Source of the DNA: Yuukianura sp. NJ FZ-2021
Lineage: Eukaryota
Length of the DNA stretch: 64,000 nt
Assembly: GCA_046563655.1 (NCBI GenBank)
Contig: CM102285.1
Location: 1 to 64,000, forward strand
Direction: 5' to 3'
In this document: one piece after another, positions 11,777 through 22,673 of the stretch
How positions within the stretch are numbered: position 1 is the first letter of the stretch
Layout of the letters: the number at the start of each line of letters is the position of its first letter
Position numbers and translations under genes: made by a program
Notes under the pieces: generated by a model
What the model saw: the letters and a program-made list of their open reading frames with translations, nothing else
Database searches by the model: none
What the model was told of the DNA's origin: nothing

Positions 11777-14700
11777 CTACATTCCGAATCGTTTCTTGGC
11801 AAATGCGGGCGGGAGTTTAGAAATTAAACTGTTCGGTTTGACTTCTACCACAATCAGTTCTCCTTTATCGTTAAAATTAGCGTAAGAAATGAACTTGTAG
11901 TTACTCCCTCCACTCTGAATTTCAAATTCCACTTTCTCTTCCTCCATTTCCTTGCCCTTGCGCACTCTTTTCCCGCCACGCCCACTTAAATCCTCCATTT
12001 TCATCAAGTACATTTTGTCTACTTGATGCACAACACACATCTCTCCGTCAGACGACCAGCAAGAGCCAATGAGCGGCTGGAGTTCAGCCTGTCTCGTCAC
12101 TCTGTCTAAATATACAGTCTGATGCTTGTCATAATTCCACAATTGTACAGTGTGGTCCACAAGAGTCGTCAGGAGAAGGGTTCTGATTGGATGAAAAGCC
12201 AGTGACGTCACTGGGTATTGACTCCGGGGCGGTCTGCTCCAAACTTCTACGTTGTTTTGGTCAAAGTTGACCTTGAGCACAAGTTGACCTCCCGTGGGGT
12301 TCGTCAGTGCTAAATATTTCCCACACGCAGAAAGAGCGGAGAGGCAGATGGAGCCGAATTCTTGAAAACAAGTTTTTAAATTCCGGTCTTTGATTTTGAT
12401 TAACTTTGAGTTGACGGAACTTGTGCCGGTATCGACATGACAGAAGAGTGCGTGTGACCCGGTGACAGAGAGGCCAATGACTTTGGATTCCTCTACAAAG
12501 TGCAACAGACGAAATGTCGGAGTTTCTGAAGTGTCAACTGAAGAGGTCAACTTCGATAGCTCCGGTTTTCGGTTTTTGAGGTCACGAGGAACGGATAACC
12601 GGAAGAAATTGATTGCAGAACGAGTTGAGTAGGCAAAGAGGGTTCCGGAAGGCGACTGGCAACATGTCTCCACTTCCTCGTCTTTCCTACACTTCAGTTT
12701 CAACAGTTTCACCAATCTACAAAACAAAGAACATAAAAAATCAAATTCAAAATTTCCTTCAAGGTTTAGAAAAAATGTCTTTTTTGAAAATTGAGTTGTC
12801 CCAGTTCTGATTGAGGTAAAGAACTTTTTAGAAAAACACAAAATGTTCGAATTCTGAACCACACCCAAAACTGGCTTTTGCTTTTCCATCATTTCGACAA
12901 CCTGAAGCACAACAGGAAAGTGCTGCAACAGGCGCTTTTTAGATGGCGGCAGTTTTCGAAATTTGAATTTCAAATTCAAAATTTTGAATTTCAAATTCAC
13001 TTACTCTTCAGTTTCATCGTGAGGCAACTTCCAAATGTCCACTCCCTTTGAATTCTGAACCAGCATTTGATTCCTGTTTGACTTTGCTACAGAAATCCAA
13101 GTTGGTTTTGGAATTGGCGGGTACTTTGTCACAATTTTAGGCGGGAAACTGCTTACGACCAAATCTGCATCAATTCCTGAAATTTCACAAAAATAAAGCA
13201 AAATGTTAAGTTTTCAAAAATTTTCAAAAAATTGCAAAGCTCAAAGGTCACCTCCGGAAAATAGCTTGTTTCCATGCGTCGTCAAGGCCATGACATCGTT
13301 CGTGTGCATCACCCTCTGATGTGACTTGACCCACCAATCATTTCCGCGCCCCGTACGCGCCAAAAGCACAACAGTAGGATCCACACCTAAAATATCATCA
13401 ATCACGACTCGAATTAGTAATTCATTCATCCTAAGTAATTACAATGTAATTAGTAATTACGAAGTAATTAACAATGCAATTAGTAATTACCAGCAGCATA
13501 AATGGCAGTCTTGTCTTGAGAAAGTTCGAGTTTGAGGATGTCGGCCTTGTGCGTGTTGATTTTATTCCGAAGTACACCGATTCGACCGTCCCAAAATGAA
13601 ATTATCCCTCTAGAAGAATTAAACAAACTTGGTTTTAGATTTCATCGCATCAAATTTCATCAAAGTAATTCTTAATTGCAAGTAATTACTAGAGTAATTC
13701 AGTGAATTACTAAAGTAATTCATCTGTACTAGTTTCGATTGAGGTGGAAATCAATTGAATTTGAGTTATTCACCACACCCAAAACTACTTTTCATTTAAT
13801 TTCCCTTCATTTCGACGACCGGAAGCACAATTTGAATTTGCAGCAAACGGCGCTTTTTGAAGGGGCTAAATTTAAAAACCACCAAACAGTTAACGCTAAT
13901 CACAATTAATTGTTCAAAGTACTAAGCATATGGATCGATATTCACAGTGACATCATGTCAATTCTTCCAAATTGAAACTCCACAATTAAGCATTTCTCAA
14001 TTACTTTCAACTGGGTTACGCTGCGGTTTGGTGCGAAACCTTAAAAGTTCAAACCTTTCGTGCCCTAATCTTCATTTCTCTTTTCAGTGACTTTGAAAAA
14101 CGAAAATGGCGGGAAAAGGTCAAAGGTCAATTTTGTTTGTGCTATTTCTAGGCACCCTGCTTGGGGTCAACGCCAAAGGAGTTATCAGAGGCGGATTCTA
14201 CAAAGTGGAGAGTCTCAGCGACCACTCCGTATGATTTACAAAAATCGTTCAAAAATCGTTTTCAAAAAACGAAACGTTTGTTTAAAAAATGGAAATATTT
14301 TGAAAAAGGTGTTGACAACTACTTGGACCGGACAGCCAAGACAAGTGATCACAGATGAATGGGCGGAAACTGGAACACAGGAATGGAGAGTCCGATCAAC
14401 AATTAACAGTAATCAAAAGTTAATTAACTTAAGAATCTAAGTTAATCAATTAATGATTGTAGATGGAGAGGTTCTGCACATTTTGAGAAATGAGTTTGTG
14501 AAGGACAACGAAGTGAACAAGGAGCCAGTGCCAGGGACAGAGGGACTCGGCAAAAATGGACGGGCTGAACTTGTGGTAAGTGAATGGACATTTAGTCCAG
14601 TACCAGGCAAGGAGCACACATTCACGCTACAAACTTCGAGAGGATGTCTCCAGAACAATGGGTAAGCTTAAGTAATCGATTACTAATCGACGATTACTAT

Positions 14701-15926
14701 TACACGATTGCTTAACATTGACCGCATCTCTAATTTCATTTTTGAAACGCTTTTTTTGTAGAAGGGGGACCAGAATTTCCTATGCAGCGTGCAATCCGTC
14801 TGCTTTGAATCAACAGTGGAACTTTGAATTCTTGTTTGAAAAACAAGAATAAAAATAAACGTTGAAACCCAATAAAAAACATTTTTTAAAATGAAAAGTC
14901 GTTTTTTGATCTTGTACTGACCTTGAATCCCCTGAGACGATGAGGAAGTTGTCTAGCATGAGAATGGACCATACGATGGTTTCTGTCTGTTTGGTTCTTC
15001 CTGTCATGAGGCGCTGGAGAGCATGCCCTTTGTCAACGTCCCACAAACGAATGGAGTCCACTGACCCAGTCGCAATGTACTTTCCACAAGGAGACCAACT
15101 CAAACACATCACACGACCTAGGGGTGCATTAATCGATTAAAACCAATTAAAATCACCGATTTAAACATTAACTTCCAACGCCGCTGACGTTCATTTGACG
15201 TCAAATCAGCTGATTATCCCAACTGTACCTTCCTGCCGGTCCAGCACTTTGACGTAGCTCAGTCCGTCCTCCAGTACTTCAAAAATGTTCACAAATCCGT
15301 CCTCTGTTCCTGCCTAAACAAAATTCAAAAGTGAGAACTCATAAGTCACCAATTAAGGTCATGTTGTCAGTTGAAACAATTGAAATTAATTACTGCAAGA
15401 TGTGTGTCTGTTGGATTAGCACTGAAACACCAGACAGGACCGGACGTCGCAGCAGTTCTGCCCTGGAAAAATGGAAACAAGCTTTAGGAACCAATTGACA
15501 TGACTAATTTGGATCTTAATAAATTTTGATGTTAGCTAACGATTAGTTTTCGTTAACTTACTCTGATGTTGAGATTGACGGTGTCATGTTCGAGGATGAA
15601 GCCATGGAGACCACAGGAGAAGAGCCTATTGTTGGACCAGAGCAGACTCTCCACTGACACTTGTCCATCCACCTTGTCCAGGTCAGTGAGGATCCTCTCC
15701 ATGAAGGGGATATGGGACACATCCCACAATTCTATCGCAGGATACTTCCCTCCCCTAACACAAATCAACATCAATTGGATTATCAATTACTTCCAATTTA
15801 AAGTAATTAACAATTTAGTTACCTGAACAAGGCTAACTTGAGTGTGTTTTGATTGAGAGTGAGACATCTGATTTGACCTGGCTCCACTTCCAGGACGTTA
15901 GCCACGTTGATTTTTATAGAGGTCAT
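11777..15926 (-). CDS. UTP4: U3 snoRNA-associated protein 4 (cirhin), WD40 repeat SSU processome factor
   Basis: Multi-exon gene. Start MTSIKINV... at 15926. WD40 segments SVESLLWSNNRLFSCGLHG, IATGSVDSIRLWDV, TIVWSILML..IVSGDSRG..SFWDG, HKADIL, AGVDPTVV, HTNDVMAL. Typical C-terminus ELIVVEVKP..LPPAFAKKRFGM. Confidence 0.92.
14106..14852 (+). CDS. Secreted ricin-B (beta-trefoil, QxW) lectin-like protein, 170 aa, nested in a UTP4 intron
   Basis: Exons 14106-14228, 14309-14408, 14463-14661, 14762-14852, all GT-AG and phase-consistent. Signal peptide MAGKGQRSILFVLFLGTLLGVNA. Repeats end TQEWRV, VSEWTF and GCLQNNGRGTRISYAACNPSALNQQWNF. AATAAA just after the stop. Confidence 0.8.
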
Positions 15927-16189
15927 GGTTCACCCCCTGACCATGAACAGCGAACCGATTAACCCAAAGACCTAATTGCCTAACTTTCTGAACTTTGACG
16001 GTATGTTAAATGGCATGAGTACATACTAAGCAAGCACATTTCATGAAACACGCGGTACTCCAAATTAATACGGTCGGACTATAAGTTAAACACACAACAA
16101 CCTGTCACCCGGCTCACCCATTATGGGCATTCGTACGTCTTATGAATTCTAAAATTATTTTAACAATTTGAAACGGAAGATAAATGTAC

Positions 16190-16322
16190 TATGTTACATT
16201 ACCATATTACTGTATTACCATAGTATATTACTATATTACCATAGTATATTACTATATTACCATAGTATATTATTATATTACCATAGTACATTACTATATT
16301 ACCATAGCATATTATTGTATTA
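16190..16322. repeat. 21-bp tandem repeat CATAGTATATTACTATATTAC
   Basis: About 5-6 copies directly visible. Confidence 0.9.
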
Positions 16323-16465
16323 TGCTAGGGTATATTTAGTATAAATTGTTGCATCGGGTCGTATTGACGGTAAATTTAGGTATACTCTGATGTGAAAAGG
16401 TTGTATGATTAAAACGTGGTATAAATGGAGTAAAAGTGATTAAACCGTGGTTGACCCCTTGACCT

Positions 16466-16625
16466 GCCTGTGCTTTGCATCCTAGAGAATGTTCCTTTTA
16501 ATTTCTGTGTGGATGTGATCTTTTGTGAGAAGTGTTCTCAGGGATGCAGACTTCTTGTTCCCTTGACGTTTTGACCTACATTGGAGGTCTATACATAGTA
16601 CATGCTCCCATCAACGTCCAAGGGA
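16466..16625. ncRNA. Candidate two-hairpin structured RNA (H/ACA-like on - strand, or a miRNA-like pair on +)
   Basis: Hairpins at 16476-16548 and 16559-16625. On the minus strand the hinge is ACAAGA (ANANNA) and an ACA follows the second hairpin. Confidence 0.3.
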
Positions 16626-18089
16626 GAGATGGGGGTGAAATTGAAATGGGGGATGAAAAATTCAAAATTTCCCTCAATCAGACGCTCTCTACTGTGCCTA
16701 GACAGTGAGTCAGTTGATGTTTAGCCAGTGGTCAACAGGTACAGTTATGTACGCAATCTCAGAAAAACCAAATTTAATCAACTAAATTTCATCAGCAGTA
16801 CATTAGCAAAAGTTAGCTCATCCACATCTGAACACAACTACAGAAAAAATTGGATCCAAATTTAAAAAGTAAGGACATTTTGCACCCTAATTAACAATTT
16901 TTTTTCAAACTTACAAATTAAGCAATATTTGCAGAAATTTCAGAATTTGAAAACTTTAAACCAAAACTGAAAGTGACGTTTTCAAAAAAAGTTTTGAGTA
17001 GGTTGTTATGCTAAGCAGGATGTTAAATCAGTGTTTGGTTGCAGGGTACAAATTTGAGCGCGACATTCAAAATTTGTTCCATTTTTTGATGTTTTCATGC
17101 ACTGATTAACTAACTGTTGAAAGGCAACAACACACTGCACAAACAAGGAACAAAAGAGTTAATTTTTTAATAAAAATGCACAAAACTGGCTTATCTTGTG
17201 CCGTAAATTTGCACATTTTTGCAACTTTAGTTGCGAAAAAAAAACATCTTCTAAGGAGACACACGATTTCCTTGGAAGATGTTTGTAAACTTCTAGGCAA
17301 GGCAATTGTCAATGTTAATTTTAAGGAAAATTAAATTAATTGAAGAATAACAGCAAAAATTAATAGCTTCATTGCATTGCAACTACAATTAGGTTGTTAA
17401 CCTAATCCCTCACTAACCTAATTTCCCTAACACAACCGTTTACTATTCTCAACCTACTCAAATTTCATAAAAATGGTTCAAATCGTAAAGAACAAATATG
17501 GAAATGGAAATGTTTAAAAAGTATAAGAGTTGTATATTTGAAGAGGTTAGGCTAACTAAGTTTTTGATTGTGTTAGGTTGGTTAGGCTAACTGTGTGATT
17601 GGAAGTTAGGTTAATGAGTTATGGTGTGAGTTGTGAAGGTTACTGTTTAGTAGAGGCTTTCTACTGTTCATAGTCTATTTTTCCTTGGCTTCCTTCCAAA
17701 GGTTGGTCCCTCCATTATCACTTCATTGTCATCTCCAACTCCAAATTTCAAAGTTTCCCACATTTTTCAAACTTCCCTAACATTCAACTCATTTCAAAAA
17801 ATTTCCAAATTCCGAAAATGTTAAAAAAAAAATGCTATACTAATGAGAAGTGAGAGGCGAGACGTAATTCCGGAATCGCATATTTTCTAATTCATTTGGT
17901 TAGTCTAATGTGAAGCTGCCTAGGCCAAACTGGAGTGAATATGTATAAAATAAGTTTAATATATTTATTTAATATATCTAAACAAGTTTAATATATTTAA
18001 TATATCTAAATAAGTTTAATGTTTAAAGTTTAAAATGAAATATGGTAAATATTTGTTGCTCAAACGTTGATGTTGTGGGATGTTAGATG

Positions 18090-18335
18090 TTAGGAGGCGC
18101 AAATGTCTCCAAATGCTCCTTGACATCTGAATTCACATTGTTGGTTGACCCATTGACAGGAACCGCCATTAGAAATCGGTAGGCCCAAAGGACCCCGTTG
18201 ACTGCATGTGTTAGGGTCTGAGCTGTTGCACTTTGGAGAAGCGCAGAGGCATATAATTGCTGTCTCCACTTGGCACAAGTGGAAAGTAGCCACCACCACC
18301 ACCGCAATAGCCACAATTGTTGCCATCTTCATCAT
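18090..18335 (-). CDS. Secreted 8-cysteine peptide precursor, copy A (81 aa)
   Basis: Signal peptide MMKMATIVAIAVVVVATFHLCQVETA plus IICLCASPKCNSSDPNTC...CQWVNQQCEFRCQGAFGDICAS. 5'UTR intron (acceptor at 18349-50, donor GTGAGT ~19143). Paralogue at 20704. Confidence 0.85.
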   Translation of the reverse strand: MMKMATIVAIAVVVVATFHLCQVETAIICLCASPKCNSSDPNTCSQRGPLGLPISNGGSCQWVNQQCEFRCQGAFGDICAS

Positions 18336-18720
18336 TCTCAGGTTTAGGCTAAAGTGGAGCAGTAGAGACAAAATTGTAATTAAGGAGAGACTGGAGGTCA
18401 ATAAAAATAACGCCAAAAAACGTTTCGTAGACATGGCAACGACTGAGAATTTAGAATTTACACACCACGTAATCATGCAAAACCCGAACGGATGGATTCT
18501 TTACGACTGAAATTTCGCACAACCCATGATAACTCGCCAATCGCTGTCTAACTGACAACTGACTGACGAGAGAGTGAATAAAAGAACAAAGAACAAAACT
18601 GCCTTCTTTTGAATTTTCAAAATCAAAATTCCCACTAGATTCTCAACTCGCCCCAGCTTACAGTTACACACTCTGTGAACAATAAACTGTAAACAAGAAA
18701 GTCATGAACTTTGACCCAAT

Positions 18721-19036
18721 CTTATGGTGCACTTCCTACGTGATTGGTACGACGCTCAGAAAACTACGACCACACTTTTCGCATTAGCATAAGCTGCTAA
18801 TTAATGCAGCGGACAGCTTTTTTACGAATTTTCACTTGCTTTTTTATAGGAGGCAAAGTAAGGCAAAAATTCGATGATTTCTGAAATTCTCCCAGAAATC
18901 CTTTGATTTCTGGAGGTAAAGTTAAGTTTTCGGGAAAAAGGTGTCCCCTGTCCCAGTTAGCAGCGTCTGCTACTACGAAAAGTGTGGTCGTAGTTTTCTG
19001 AGCGTCGTACCAATCACGCAGGAAGTGCACCAAAAG
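18721..19036. mobile_element. MITE with ~60-75 bp terminal inverted repeats, inside the 5'UTR intron of peptide copy A
   Basis: TGGTGCACTTCCT(A/G)CGTGATTGGTACGACGCTCAGAAAACTACGACCACACTTTTCG is near-identical at both ends in inverted orientation. Absent from the paralogous intron of copy B. Confidence 0.8.
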
Positions 19037-20509
19037 CCCTACAGAAAATCGAATCTAAACGAATTTGTCCATCCAGACATTAAAAAACGAAACACTATTT
19101 AAATTTCTTACTTTTCATCAGTATTTGGACAAAAAAGACTCACCGAGCAAACAAAGTTATGTTTAGAGCTTTGTGTTTTTGTAAATTTTTGAAATTTTTG
19201 AAATTTGGACAGTTAACCCGTGGAGTGTAACTCGGAAGCAATTTTTGAACGGCGATTTGGAAAGAGCTGACGCTAAAAATATTCGTGTTTTAGTATATAA
19301 GGATAAAATAATCATATGGAATTTATTCCAGATCACTCCATTGCCGTACTTTCATAACAAATTCTTAAAAGTGATTGACTTTAATTATAAATTTTTGTGC
19401 GTCTGGATCCGTCTGGATGTTTTTTTGGGTCCAAGGTTTTTAAAAACTGGCTCCCACTAGTCACTGCTCCTTTTCAAACTTAGATCCGTTGACACGTAAA
19501 CACAAAAACAAAATTTTCATGTGGAGAATAACGTTCAAAAATTTAAAGTCAAGATTTAAAAGTCGACAGAAAAAATTAGTAGGTAATGGTGGAAAAATTT
19601 CAGAATTTTTATAACCATCACATTTACACTCTTCTCTCAAAATTTTTATTATTTAAAACTTATTTCATTGTCATAAATTTCAAGTTTGACTTGAATCTTT
19701 GTATTTTTTTTTGAAACTGGAATATGATTGCATCCTATTTCTTTTAAAAGTTACCTTTAAAATCTACAGAGAAAAGACGTGTTTTTTTTACATTGCAATT
19801 TTTGAAATTTCAAAAATCAAAGCCAAAGAAAATAAGTAGCTCGGAAAATTTTTTTGAATCGGGGTTTGAATGGGCCTAGCGCTGGACATACTGCAAAACA
19901 CAAAAGCTGGACAAACACAAAAACAAAATTTGAATGTTGAGAGTCACCTCCAAAAATTTTAAATCAAAATTTAAAAATCGGAAAAGAAAATCAGTATTTG
20001 TGGAAACATTTCCGAATTTTTCTGTCAAACATATTAATGCTTGTGTCTTAATAATTTTTCAAAGTTCCCTAACATTCCTTCAAAAATGTCTCCAAATTTT
20101 GAACAGGATTAAAAAATGTATGATTTACTAATGAGAAGTTACAGTTACGAGGTAATTCCGGAATTGGTTGTTTGGTAATTGACTTGTTTAGTTTCAATAA
20201 ATTCACAGTTCTCGTTTAAAAGTCTCTAAAATTTGATTTCCTCAGTGACGAGAAATTCAAATTTTCCGAAACATCGTTTTTGAAATAGATTAATTTAGTT
20301 AATACATTAAACAATTAATTACATACTAACTTTCCAGCGTACTATGTATGTACTAGAAGGTTATAGTTACGCCAAAAATTTAGCATGATTACAGGGGACT
20401 CGGGCGAGGTCCCAGCACGCATGGTAAGCATTCTGGTTATTTATTGAATGAAAATCCAGCTTTCTTTGTCGTTCTAATGCGGAACTGTATAGACTTGGTT
20501 CGAATGAAT

Positions 20510-20672
20510 AGTTTAATATGTTTACAATCTGTTTAATATGTTTAGACCTGTTTAATATGTTTAAAATTTGTTTAATATGTTTAAACCTGTTTAATATGTT
20601 TAAAATCTGTTTAATATGTTTAAACCTGTTTAATATGCTTAAAATGCGATTAATATGTTTAAAACATGTTTG
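20510..20672. repeat. 20-bp tandem repeat TGTTTAATATGTTTAAA(A/C)(T/C)(C/T)
   Basis: About 7-8 copies just 3' of peptide copy B. A related degenerate array lies at ~17950-18030 behind copy A. Confidence 0.9.
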
Positions 20673-20703
20673 AAGTGTTCATGCTAAAACTGTTTTCGGT
20701 ATG

Positions 20704-20937
20704 TTAGACTGAGGCACAAATGTCCCCAAAACCACTTTGACACCTGTATCCGCATTGTGCGTTGACGTATTGACAAGAAACATTAGATTCAAAACTGCCA
20801 AAAGGACCCGTACGACATGGGTTAGTGGCATTGCACTTTGGAGCAATGCAGGCGCAGACGACAGTAGTTTCCACTTGGCTCATGTGCAAAGTAGCCACCA
20901 TCACCACCACAGTAGCCACAATTGTTGCCATCTTCAT
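20704..20937 (-). CDS. Secreted 8-cysteine peptide precursor, copy B (77 aa)
   Basis: MKMATIVATVVVMVATLHMSQVETT plus VVCACIAPKCNATNPC...CQYVNAQCGYRCQSGFGDICASV. Same Cys frame, intron and upstream sequence as copy A. Confidence 0.85.
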   Translation of the reverse strand: MKMATIVATVVVMVATLHMSQVETTVVCACIAPKCNATNPCRTGPFGSFESNVSCQYVNAQCGYRCQSGFGDICASV

Positions 20938-22673
20938 CCTGCTAAGGTTTAGGCTAAAGTGGAGCAGTCGAGACAAAATTTTAATTAACAAGCCAAAAAT
21001 TGTTTAAATTTCTCATTTTTCGTCACTATTTGGACAAAATAGACTCACCGAACAAAGATATTTTTTTTTGAATTTTGTGATTATTGAAATTGTTGAGATT
21101 TTTGAAATTTAAACGTAGAGTGTAACTCGGAAGCAGTTTTTGAACGGCGGTTTGAAGAGAACTGACGCTGGAAGAACTGAGTGTTTTCGTATATAATATA
21201 AAAAATAATCTCATGAAATTTATTCCACATCACTACACTTGCCTACTTTCATATCAAATTCTAAAAAGTGATTCACTTTAATTATGAACTTTTGTGCGTC
21301 CAAATGCTCGTGTGGGTTCAAAGTTTTTGAAAACTGGATTCCACTAGTCTCTGCTTTGTTTTTCAGATTCGTTGAAACGTATACGCAAAAACAAAATCTT
21401 AATGCGAAGACACGTTCAAAAACTTTAAGTCAAAACGAAAAATTAGTAATTGTGGAAAAATTTCAGAATTTTTATAACCAACACATTTATAGTTTTATCC
21501 CAAAAGTTTTATTGTTTAAAACTTATTTCATTTTCATAAATTTCAAGTATGACATGAATCTTTTAATTTGTTAAACTGAAATGTGATTGCATCCTACTTC
21601 ATGTTTACCTTGAAACAGTAAATGTAAAATTAAGGCGTGGTTACTCATTTTTTGATTAAAAAATTCGTTCTAGTTTATAGGATTTCATATTAATTTTTAT
21701 TTATTTTTTTTCAAATTCTCATTCTACAATCACTTTTTAAGTACGTATTTTCCAAATTGCGTGTTTTGTTTTTTTTTGAAAATTCTTATGTTTACCGCGT
21801 TTGCTAAAAATTTGTGACTGACGAAACCGCTTGTGTGTTTGTTCTTAATGACAGGATTGTGAAATTTGGTAACAAGTGACGAAGTGGTTGATATCCACCT
21901 TGGTGGCTTTCGTCTAAACTAAATAGTTGGCATGTTTCATGATTCGATGACTCTGATACAACAATTGACTATTCAAATTTGAGCGCCCTTTTTAAACCGC
22001 CCCCGCCTAAAGGCTCACTCAATTCAAAGTCTAGACATGCGCAGAGCAAAGGAAACTTAAATATACATTCAAGCTTCATGCTCAAAAAGTTAAGAAAATT
22101 TGAACTAATTGAGAGAGGGAGTGTATTTAGTAGCATTGTTTGTTCAATTTCAATCCAAATTTGGCACTTGAATATTTGCAATAACTACATTTGTGGTATG
22201 CAACTCAACAATACTTGCACCCCACTCTCTACCTTAACTATTTAGCGTCAAGTAACTGAAAGTTAGCATCTAACCTAACCTTAACTTCCGCGTCATGATC
22301 ACAATCACGATCTGTAGCACAATTTAGTCACAAAACCTTGGAATCAAGGTGTGGTTCAGGATGCGGAAAACCTCTGCGCATGCACATTCAGTTTTGGGTG
22401 AATTTTGAGGCTTTAAGGTAAAATGCAAAAGTTAAACTAAAAAAGCGAAAACAAGGAACAAGCGAAGTTGTAAGAATTCAACAAAAATTACAACCAAAAT
22501 TTTTCGTCAGTAAGTTCAAGGTGAACTACCAAAAATTTCTCTTTTTGTGTATGTATTCTACAAGTTCTATTTTTAGTGTGCTACAAAAACTCTGTATTTT
22601 ACAAATGTAACTTTTTGAAATTTCATTTAGTTTTTGTTATTTTTTTCATAAAATTTCCTTTTTTTTTTCAGAA

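Noticed and set aside
12718-13000. N-terminal part of the 407-aa ORF at 11777-13000
   Set aside because: Intron read-through containing a dispersed repeat also found at ~13770-13870. The true UTP4 exon starts near 12715.
15930-15944. uORF (MVRG*) just upstream of the UTP4 ATG
   Set aside because: Four codons only, TSS unknown, likely by chance.
17385-17620. TTAGG/CCTAA-rich patches as interstitial telomere
   Set aside because: Too degenerate and arranged as inverted patches, more like transposon subterminal remnants.
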